64,000 nt of DNA, from contig DATGGA010000026.1 in the NCBI GenBank assembly GCA_035308765.1, forward strand, positions 876 through 64,875, given 5' to 3'. Every line of letters begins with the position of its first letter. Within the stretch, counting starts at the first letter, position 1. A model generated the notes under the pieces. That model was given only the letters and a program-made list of their open reading frames with translations, made no database searches and was not told where the DNA came from. Both the position numbers and the translations under genes were made by a program. The stretch comes from Burkholderiales bacterium. GTDB lineage: Bacteria > Pseudomonadota > Gammaproteobacteria > Burkholderiales > SG8-39. Positions 17,465-24,882 of the stretch are shown here, one piece after another.

Positions 17465-18157
17465 TCAACCGCGCTTCGACATCGTGCGGTCGCCATGGCG
17501 GAACACGTCATCAGCTTCCTTCTTCTGATCGTCCGGCATGCTGGCGTAAAGAGGGGCAAACACCTCGGCGAACTTCTTGACCCCATCTGCGTGCGCATCT
17601 GTGATCTCGCCGTAGGATTTGAGATCGTCCACAGCAGTCATTGTCTTGGAATGTTCAAACCTCGCCTGCGTGAGCGCGTCCATCGTTTTCGCATTGTCGC
17701 GCATTACCTGGGCGACCTTGCTCCACTGCGATTCCTGCGCAGGAGTGATGTTGAGCCTCGCATGCATCTTGTTGATGCGCGCCTCTGCGCGCTTCTCGCC
17801 AGTTTCTTTGGCAGCAAGAACCGGAGCTGACGCGACGCCGGCGACCCGGATGTTGCTCTGCACGGAAGTAACGCCATCCACGCCGCGCGCGACCGCGACG
17901 GCGTCGTCTGCTGCTCGTTTGGTCTTGGCGGTCCCGCTCAGAACCACGGCGCCATTGGCGTCCGTGTCGACGCGCACATGCAATAGACTCGACAGCTTTT
18001 GCTCGGCGAGCTCGGCCTTGATCTTGGCGGTGATTACCGAGTCCTTGACGAATGCACTGGGCGAAGAACGATCGGTGTCGGAATCGGCGCTATGGCCCGC
18101 AATCGGCAGCATCAGTGCGCCGGCTGTGAAAACGCCTGCAACGAATTTGGTGTTCAT
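17465..18157 (-). CDS. Periplasmic BON-domain protein with C-terminal LTxxQ (Spy/CpxP-like) region
   Basis: Start trimmed to ATG 18157 (signal peptide MNTKFVAGVFTAGALMLPIAGHSA). BON-like VKDSVITAKIKAEL...VRVDTDANGAVVLSGTAKT...VDGVTSVQSNIRV, then LNITPAQESQW and ASMPDDQKKEAD motifs. Confidence 0.7.
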   Translation of the reverse strand: MNTKFVAGVFTAGALMLPIAGHSADSDTDRSSPSAFVKDSVITAKIKAELAEQKLSSLLHVRVDTDANGAVVLSGTAKTKRAADDAVAVARGVDGVTSVQSNIRVAGVASAPVLAAKETGEKRAEARINKMHARLNITPAQESQWSKVAQVMRDNAKTMDALTQARFEHSKTMTAVDDLKSYGEITDAHADGVKKFAEVFAPLYASMPDDQKKEADDVFRHGDRTMSKRG

Positions 18158-18293
18158 GGTCTTTCCCGTCCCTAAGATGAAATTGATTGGTTCTGGCGCG
18201 AAATTGATCCAGACGGGCAATTGTCCACCTCGACCCGTCGCCGCTCAGTGCGCCGGCACACATATTGAATAATATGCGTGGCGCCGGCCATTC

Positions 18294-18324
18294 GAATGAC
18301 CGCTTTGGGTCGAAAGCGGGCAGG
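18294..18324. repeat. REP-like palindromic element, copy 4 (right arm decayed)
   Basis: GAATGACCGCTTT-gggtc-GAAAGCGGGCAGG, intergenic between the divergent BON and entericidin genes. Confidence 0.55.
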
Positions 18325-18471
18325 CCTGCTGCATTTTGGGATGGGCTACATACACCGGAGCGGCCCCTGCGTCAGGTCTGGCGGGGGTTGTCCCGTTCGG
18401 CATGTGCGGTGCCGCACAGATCCGCCAATCCGTGATCGCTATCGTGGCCCTCCCACGATAGGAGAGTCACC

Positions 18472-18624
18472 ATGATCAAACGAATTTTCGCGCCTTTACT
18501 GGCGGCAGTCTTCCTCGTCAGCCTCTTTGGCACGCTTGCCGGCTGCAATACCGTCGCGGGCGCTGGCCAGGACATCGAACAGGGAGGCAAGGCGATCAAG
18601 GACGAAGCACAGGAAAAGCGCTAG
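18472..18624 (+). CDS. ecnB: Entericidin A/B family lipoprotein (50 aa; not in the supplied ORF track)
   Basis: Hand translation: MIKRIFAPLLAAVFLVSLFGTLAGCNTVAGAGQDIEQGGKAIKDEAQEKR. It has an LAGC lipobox followed by the entericidin-like NTxxGxGxDIxxxGxxI. AGGAGAG SD lies 5 nt upstream. Confidence 0.8.
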   Translation: MIKRIFAPLLAAVFLVSLFGTLAGCNTVAGAGQDIEQGGKAIKDEAQEKR

Positions 18625-18736
18625 GCCACAAGCACAAGAAAACGCGCTGCCCGGTTGGTTCGCGAATTGCGCGAGCCATACGGCGGGTCATTTGTTGCGC
18701 GGCGATTGCATAGGACATCGCATTTCTCTTTCCTTT

Positions 18737-19297
18737 ATGAGAATCATCCTTCTGCTCGCGGTGCTCGTTTCGGCTTTGCTGCTCGATGGCTGCTATACGC
18801 CGCTTGTCGAAGGCGCGCAGGAAGGCTACGACGCGATCAGGCGAGACACGCTTCAGGGTAAGGCGACGTCCGATCCCGCTGCGCAATACAAGCTAGGCGA
18901 CACGTATTGCTGCCAAGGCGGCGGTCCCATGGACAAAGTGTCGATCTACGACAACCAAAAAGCCACCTACTGGTATTGCAAGGCTGCGCGGCAAGGCTAC
19001 GGCCTGGCACAGCTACGCCTTGCGCAAGTCTATTCAGGGCATCCCATTCACGGACTCCATATCGCCTTGCGGGCCAGTGCGCTTGTCGGCACGGCGGAGA
19101 CTGATCCCGGCGTTGCACTGATGTGGGCAAACGTCGCGGCCAACAATGGAGTCGATGACGCGACTGAATTGCGCGATGAAATCATGGAGCATGCGACAAG
19201 CAAGGAGCGCGCAAAATCTGCAACGCTCATCCGATACTGGAGAACTGCCCCTTGTCAGTGGGCGGAAGTAATATCGTCAACTGCGCGCCCGAAATGA
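18737..19297 (+). CDS. Sel1-repeat (SLR/TPR-like) lipoprotein
   Basis: Start trimmed to ATG 18737 (MRIILLLAVLVSALLLDGC lipobox). Sel1-like AQYKLGDTY... and ATYWYCKAARQGYGLAQLRLAQVY. Confidence 0.65.
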   Translation: MRIILLLAVLVSALLLDGCYTPLVEGAQEGYDAIRRDTLQGKATSDPAAQYKLGDTYCCQGGGPMDKVSIYDNQKATYWYCKAARQGYGLAQLRLAQVYSGHPIHGLHIALRASALVGTAETDPGVALMWANVAANNGVDDATELRDEIMEHATSKERAKSATLIRYWRTAPCQWAEVISSTARPK

Positions 19298-19455
19298 ACA
19301 GGCAACAGGCTCCCGGAGCGGGTCTGAAGCGATAACGAGCCGGCCGGCGCAATACCTGCGCTCCGTGCGCCCGCGTACATTCATAGTGATAAACCTGCGA
19401 TAGCGTGGCGGGCATCACTTCCAACGCGGCGCCACGCTACCGGCTATCTCCTCCC

Positions 19456-21078
19456 ATGAACACCGATCGCGCCTTTCTGCCGGCCATATGCACGTCCCGA
19501 TTGCTGCAGGCGCTGTTAGTCGTCGCACTGCTCGGTGGCTGCGCGTCTCTCCCCCCGGGTTCGGACTATCCGAAGACCGACTCGTCGGCCTTCGCCCAGC
19601 CTGAGCAGACCACCCTTGGCGGGGTATTCGCCGCTGCGGCCCGCGAGCACCCGGGGAATTCCGCATTCCGTCTGTTGACAGTGGGGGTCGATGGATTTCT
19701 GAGCCGAGTGCAGATGGTAAATGCGGCCCAGCAGACCATCGATATTCAGTATTTCATTTTTCGAGCGGACGAAACCGGGCAGCTGCTGACTGAAGCCGTG
19801 CTGCGTGCAGCCGACCGCGGCGTGCGCGTGAGGGTACTTGTCGACGACGGGGAGACGATCACAGGCGATGACCAGCTCGTCGCGCTTGACGCGCACCCTT
19901 CCATCGAAGTGCGGATTTTCAATCCCTTCGTGTACCGCGGCAACATCGCGTTCCTTCGCGCAGTCGAATTTACGCTTAGCAACGCCCGGCTCGACTACCG
20001 AATGCACAACAAGCTGATGGTCGTGGACAACGCGATCGCGCTCGTTGGCGGGCGCAACGTCGGCGACGAATATTTCCAGATCGATCCGGATTCTCAGGTG
20101 GCCGATGACGAAGTTCTTGCCGCCGGGCCGGTGGTGAAGGAGCTCTCCGCGACATTCGATCTGTTCTGGAAGAGCGACATGGCGATTCCGGTGCAGGCGC
20201 TTGCAGAGGGAACGGCGTCCGATGCCGCCCTTGCCGCCTATCGCAAGGTCCTGATCGAGCATCGCCAGCAGGTCAAGGAGGACGGAACCGACTATGCGAG
20301 CCGGATCGCGAAAGGCGAGCCCCTGGCCGGAATGCTGGCGGGCCGGTTACCGCTGGTATGGGCGCATGCGGCACTGGTCTACGATAGCCCGGACAAGAAG
20401 CGTGTCGAAGGCGGCCGGATGATGGGGAGGCTGATGCATCCGCCGGTGGCCGCAGCGGCCTCGGCGGTTCAGTCCGAGCTGCTTATGATCACGCCCTACT
20501 TCATCCCCGGCTCTGCCGGTATGAAGATGTTTGGCGAGCTGAGAAAGCGCGGCGTCCATGTCAGTGTTCTGACCAATTCGCTCGAATCGGCCAACGTCCT
20601 GCTTGCGCAGTCCGGCTACATGCGCTACCGGCTGCCGCTGCTCGAAGAGGGGGTGGAAATCCACGAGATACGCTCGCTGCTCGGCAACACGAGGGGCAGC
20701 GGCGAGACCAAGGTCATGTCGCGCTACGGAACGTATTCCCTGCACGCGAAATTGTTCATCTTCGACCGCCGCAGCCTGTTTGTCGGTTCGATGAATTTCG
20801 ACCAGCGCTCGGCGCACCTCAACACCGAAATCGGCCTCATTATCGACAGTCCCGAACTTGCGCAGCAGCTCGTGGCGCGCTTCAAGGCGATGACGAGCCC
20901 GCCCAACAGCTACGAGCTGGTGCTACGGCCGCGCGATGGGGCACGGGCACCCAGACTGATCTGGCGGACCCAGGAGGAAAGCCGGAGCGTCGACTACGAC
21001 GAGGAGCCTTCGCGGAGCGGAAAGCAGAAAATGGAAGTTGAACTGCTCTCCCTGTTGCCGCTGGACGACGAGCTGTAA
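19456..21078 (+). CDS. Phospholipase D family lipoprotein (two HKD motifs, cardiolipin-synthase-like fold)
   Basis: Start trimmed to ATG 19456 (…LLGGCASL lipobox). HKD motifs HNKLMVVDN...GGRNVGDEY and LHAKLFIFD...VGSMNFDQRS. Confidence 0.88.
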   Translation: MNTDRAFLPAICTSRLLQALLVVALLGGCASLPPGSDYPKTDSSAFAQPEQTTLGGVFAAAAREHPGNSAFRLLTVGVDGFLSRVQMVNAAQQTIDIQYFIFRADETGQLLTEAVLRAADRGVRVRVLVDDGETITGDDQLVALDAHPSIEVRIFNPFVYRGNIAFLRAVEFTLSNARLDYRMHNKLMVVDNAIALVGGRNVGDEYFQIDPDSQVADDEVLAAGPVVKELSATFDLFWKSDMAIPVQALAEGTASDAALAAYRKVLIEHRQQVKEDGTDYASRIAKGEPLAGMLAGRLPLVWAHAALVYDSPDKKRVEGGRMMGRLMHPPVAAAASAVQSELLMITPYFIPGSAGMKMFGELRKRGVHVSVLTNSLESANVLLAQSGYMRYRLPLLEEGVEIHEIRSLLGNTRGSGETKVMSRYGTYSLHAKLFIFDRRSLFVGSMNFDQRSAHLNTEIGLIIDSPELAQQLVARFKAMTSPPNSYELVLRPRDGARAPRLIWRTQEESRSVDYDEEPSRSGKQKMEVELLSLLPLDDEL

Positions 21079-21206
21079 GAGCTGGGGCGTGGCGGGCATG
21101 CGCATTTGCGTGGGGGCTGGCCTTCATGCAGGCACCCTATGCAGCACCGCATATAGGCAGTCGAGTAGTCAGCACCTATTCTCAGCTTCCCACTATCATG
21201 GGAATC

Positions 21207-22034
21207 ATGAGCTTACGAATAGGAGTCGACCTCGGGGGTACCAAGATCGAGGCAGTGGTTTTTGACTACGACGGGAGCGAACTGCTGCGAAAACGTATCG
21301 CAACGCCGGCAGGGGACTACAAGGCTACGGTAGGTGCGGTATGCGCCTTGGTTCTGGAAATCGAATCGCAGATGGGCGGGCCGGCAAAGGTCGGCGTTGG
21401 CATTCCAGGTGCGCTCTCGCGCGTGACCAGCTTGGTGAAGAACGCCAACTCTACGTGCCTGATCGGCCACGACCTGAAGGGCGATCTGGAAAAAGCGCTG
21501 GACAGGGAAATCCGGATCGAGAACGACGCGAATTGCTTTGCGCTGTCAGAAGCGATGGATGGGGCGGGGCAGGAGGACGAAGTGGTGTTCGGCGTGATCC
21601 TCGGAACCGGCGTGGGGGCCGGGATCGTGGTTCGCGGCGAAGTACTGGTCGGCCCCAACGCCATCGCGGGAGAGTGGGGACACAATCCGCTGCCGTTGCC
21701 GCGCGATGAAGATCTGCCGCTGCCCGAGTGCTATTGCGGGCGGAAGGGTTGCATCGAGGCGTATCTGTCAGGACCCGCGCTGGCGAAGGATGGCGACAAC
21801 CTCGATCGCTACGAGGAACGCCTGGCGCGCTCGCTCGCGGGCGTGATCAACATCCTCGATCCGGATATGATCGTGCTCGGCGGTGGTGTGTCGAACATCG
21901 ACCGGCTGTACGAGAACGTGCCGAGACTGTGGAAGCCGCATGTTTTCTCGGATCATGTCGCGACCAGGCTCGCGAAGCACGTGCACGGCGATTCGAGCGG
22001 CGTGCGCGGCGCGGCTTGGCTATGGGGCAGGTGA
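21207..22034 (+). CDS. ROK family sugar kinase (N-acetylglucosamine kinase / fructokinase-like)
   Basis: MSLRIGVDLGGTK, ENDANCFALSEA and the zinc motif CYCGRKGCIEAYLSG. The alternative ATG 21198 adds 3 residues. Confidence 0.85.
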   Translation: MSLRIGVDLGGTKIEAVVFDYDGSELLRKRIATPAGDYKATVGAVCALVLEIESQMGGPAKVGVGIPGALSRVTSLVKNANSTCLIGHDLKGDLEKALDREIRIENDANCFALSEAMDGAGQEDEVVFGVILGTGVGAGIVVRGEVLVGPNAIAGEWGHNPLPLPRDEDLPLPECYCGRKGCIEAYLSGPALAKDGDNLDRYEERLARSLAGVINILDPDMIVLGGGVSNIDRLYENVPRLWKPHVFSDHVATRLAKHVHGDSSGVRGAAWLWGR

Positions 22035-22060
22035 GGATGAAGTTCAAAGGGGAGAACCGC

Positions 22061-22876
22061 ATGAAAAAGACCGTCGCGATTTCCGCAATGCTGGCCTTGG
22101 CGCCTGCGGCACAGGCGGCCGACATCGAGGCCGGCAAGGCCAAGGTCGCGGAAGTCTGTTCCGCCTGCCACGGCGTCAACGGGGTGAGCGTGAGCGACAC
22201 CATCCCCAATCTCGCAGGCCAGCGCCCGGCCTACCTCGAAACGCAGCTCCGGGCGTTCAAGGACGGCACGCGCAAGTCGCAGAGCCAGGCGAATCCGATC
22301 GCGATCATGAATGCGATGGCGGCGCAACTGAGCCCCGCGCAGATCGCGGATGTCGCCACCTACTTCGCCTCGCTGCCCGGAGCCGCCGCAGGCGCCGCCA
22401 AATCGCCGCTGCTGGCGAACGTCGTGAAATCCAACCTAGCCTTTCCCGAGGGCTACAAGGATTCGTTCGTGAAGTACCACACCCTCAATTTCCCGGCGAC
22501 CAAACAGGTGCGTTACTACCTTGCGAACCCGGCCGCGGTGCAAGCTGCGAAGGCCGGCAAGCCCCTGCCCGACGGTTCCTCCCTTCTCGCGGAAGTCTAT
22601 GCGGCGAAGCTCGATGCCGATCAAAAACCGGTCATGGGCAGCGACGGTTTTTATATCGCCGACAAGCTGCTCTTGTACACCGCGATGGGGACCGGGGCGG
22701 GCTGGGGCGACGGGATTCCAGACCCGCTGCGCAACGGCAACTGGAATTACGCGGTGTTCACGCTCGACAGGAAGCCGCGCCCCGGCGTCAACCAAGCCGA
22801 GTGTCTCGCTTGCCACAAGCCGCTGGATGCCGCGAGCTACACCTTCACGCTGAAAGAACTCGCGGCGGCCAAATAG
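22061..22876 (+). CDS. Di-haem protein: class I cytochrome c domain fused to a cytochrome P460 / c'-beta family domain
   Basis: Signal peptide MKKTVAISAMLALAPAAQA; CSACH at residues 33-37 with LAGQRPAYLETQLRAFKDG (c4/c552-like). The C-terminal half has P460-family features (FPEGYKD, GNWNYAVF, AECLACHKP at 248-252). SD AAGGGGAGA; an alternative ATG lies at 22037. Confidence 0.75.
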   Translation: MKKTVAISAMLALAPAAQAADIEAGKAKVAEVCSACHGVNGVSVSDTIPNLAGQRPAYLETQLRAFKDGTRKSQSQANPIAIMNAMAAQLSPAQIADVATYFASLPGAAAGAAKSPLLANVVKSNLAFPEGYKDSFVKYHTLNFPATKQVRYYLANPAAVQAAKAGKPLPDGSSLLAEVYAAKLDADQKPVMGSDGFYIADKLLLYTAMGTGAGWGDGIPDPLRNGNWNYAVFTLDRKPRPGVNQAECLACHKPLDAASYTFTLKELAAAK

Positions 22877-22887
22877 TATCCGGACGG

Positions 22888-24138
22888 CTAGCCGGGCTCT
22901 TTTTTCCCCTGGATCACGATGCGCGCGCTGCGCTCGAACGTCCAGTAGGCCCAGGCCCAGTCGATCAGCACGACGATCCGGTTGCGGAAGCCGATGAGGA
23001 AGTAGATATGGGCGACCAGCCAGAGCAGCCAGGCTGGGTAGCCAGACAGGTGCAGCCGCCCGAGCACCGCCACCGCGGAATTGCGGCCGATGGTGGCGAG
23101 CATGCCGACGTCCTTGTAGCGGAAGCTTTCAGGCTTCTTATTCCGTAAAGATGCAAGAAGGCTTCGGGCTGCAAATCGGCCCATCTGCTTCGCCGCGGGC
23201 GCGATGCCCGGCACGGGCGGCGTGTGCCAGGGCAATGAAGCGAGGTCGCCGATCACTTGCACTTCCGGATGGCCGGGAATGGAGAGGTCTTCCAGTACCA
23301 CGGGGCGTCCTGTTCGGTCCGTCGGCACGCCGAGGGTCGCGCCCAGCGGCGAGGCGGCAACGCCGGCGGCCCACACCACGGTGCTCGCGGAGAGGCGCTC
23401 GGCACCCATCCGCACTCCGTCGGCGTCGATGCCGGTGACCTGCCGGCTGAGCCAGACCGTCACGCCCAGGCGCTCGAGTTGCAGGCGCGCACGCTCCGAC
23501 AGCGTTGTCGGATAGGCCGGCAGCACGCGATCGCCGCCTTCCACTAGCACCACCCGCGCGTTGCGCGGATCGAAGCGGCGGAATTCGCCGCGCAGGGTAT
23601 GGCGCGCGATCTCGGCGAAGGCGCCCGCCAGCTCGACGCCGGTGGCGCCGCCGCCGATCACCACGAAGGTGAGCCAGGCGGCGCGCTTCACCGAGTCGGT
23701 TTCGCGCTCGGCGCGCTCGAAGGCGAGCAGGACGCGGCGGCGGATCTCGTAGGCGTCCTCGAGCGTCTTCAGGCTGGGCGCGTGCGCCTCCCAGGCATTG
23801 TTGCCGAAATAATTGTTGGCCGCGCCGGTGGCGACGATCAGGCGGTCGTATTCGATCTCGTCGCCGCCGTCCAGCACCACCGCGCGCCGCGCCAAATCGA
23901 TGCGCTCCGCGTTGCCGTAGATCACCGTGGCGTTGCTCTGGTCGGCGAGGATGTGGCGGATCGGCGCGGCGACCGCCGGCGCGGTCAGGCCCGCAGTCGC
24001 GACCTGGTAGAGCAGGGGCTGGAACAAATGGTGGTTCGTCCGATCGACCACCGTCACCCGCAGATCCGCACCTGCGAGCGCGCGCACGGCAAACAGGCCG
24101 CCGAAGCCGCAGCCGAGAATCACTACATGCGGTTGCAT
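22888..24138 (-). CDS. ndh: Type II NADH:quinone oxidoreductase (NDH-2)
   Basis: 416 aa with VVILGCGFGGL, HLFQPLLYQVATAGL, a second GGGATGVE Rossmann motif and a C-terminal membrane-anchoring helix. Confidence 0.9.
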   Translation of the reverse strand: MQPHVVILGCGFGGLFAVRALAGADLRVTVVDRTNHHLFQPLLYQVATAGLTAPAVAAPIRHILADQSNATVIYGNAERIDLARRAVVLDGGDEIEYDRLIVATGAANNYFGNNAWEAHAPSLKTLEDAYEIRRRVLLAFERAERETDSVKRAAWLTFVVIGGGATGVELAGAFAEIARHTLRGEFRRFDPRNARVVLVEGGDRVLPAYPTTLSERARLQLERLGVTVWLSRQVTGIDADGVRMGAERLSASTVVWAAGVAASPLGATLGVPTDRTGRPVVLEDLSIPGHPEVQVIGDLASLPWHTPPVPGIAPAAKQMGRFAARSLLASLRNKKPESFRYKDVGMLATIGRNSAVAVLGRLHLSGYPAWLLWLVAHIYFLIGFRNRIVVLIDWAWAYWTFERSARIVIQGKKEPG

Positions 24139-24183
24139 GCGGTCGAGTTTACCGCCAGTCTTCCCGGGCTCAGCCGGCGGCGG

Positions 24184-24882
24184 TCATACGCCGAGATGGC
24201 GCTGCAATATCTCCGGTTGCGCCTTGATTTCCAGCGCCGGGCCTTCGTGCGCGATATGCCCGTTGTTGATGATGTAGACGCGTTGCGCGAGCGCGAGCGT
24301 CGCCGCGAGGTTCTGCTCGACCAGTACGATGGTCTGTCCAGCTTCCGCCAGGGCCCGGCAGGCTGCCATCAGGTCGCGCACGATCACTGGCGCGAGGCCC
24401 TCGAAGGGTTCGTCGAGCAGGATGATCTTTGGCGCGCGCACTAGCGCACGGGCGATCGCCAGCATCTGCTGTTCGCCGCCGGAGAGATCGGTGCCGCGGC
24501 TGCCGCGGCGCTCCTTCAGGCGCGGAAACATCTCGTAGACCCGGTCGAGCGGCCATCTCTTGGACGCCGTCAGTCCGGCGAGCACCAGGTTTTCCTCGAC
24601 GTTCAGGCTGCCGAAGATGCGGCGCTCCTCGTGCACCAGCTGCATGCCGGCCAGCGCGATGGCGTGGCTCTTCTTTCCGGCGATCTCGACCCCGTCGAGC
24701 GTGACCGATCCGGCGCGTGGCGTCACCACACCCATCAAGCTCTTCAGAGTGGTGCTCTTGCCGGCGCCGTTGCGGCCGAGCAGCGCGACCACCTCGTTCT
24801 TCTCTACGCGCAGCGAGACGTCGAACAGGATGTGGGAATCCCCGTAATAGCTGTTCAACCCCTTGACTTCGAGCAGGCTCAC
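24184..24882 (-). CDS. livF: Branched-chain amino acid-type ABC transporter ATP-binding protein (LivF-like)
   Basis: 232 aa with GRNGAGKST, LSGGEQQMLAIARAL and LLDEP. 4-nt overlap with the upstream gene. Confidence 0.88.
   Translation of the reverse strand: MSLLEVKGLNSYYGDSHILFDVSLRVEKNEVVALLGRNGAGKSTTLKSLMGVVTPRAGSVTLDGVEIAGKKSHAIALAGMQLVHEERRIFGSLNVEENLVLAGLTASKRWPLDRVYEMFPRLKERRGSRGTDLSGGEQQMLAIARALVRAPKIILLDEPFEGLAPVIVRDLMAACRALAEAGQTIVLVEQNLAATLALAQRVYIINNGHIAHEGPALEIKAQPEILQRHLGV

Noticed and set aside
18278-18475. 65-aa ORF (MAPAIRMTALGRKRAG…) and the first 27 codons of the 1838-2752 ORF (MTAFAKSGHC…).
   Set aside because: Both are translations of the REP-like palindrome and its flanks. 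The same peptide-like strings recur wherever the repeat occurs, which marks them as repeat-derived artefacts.
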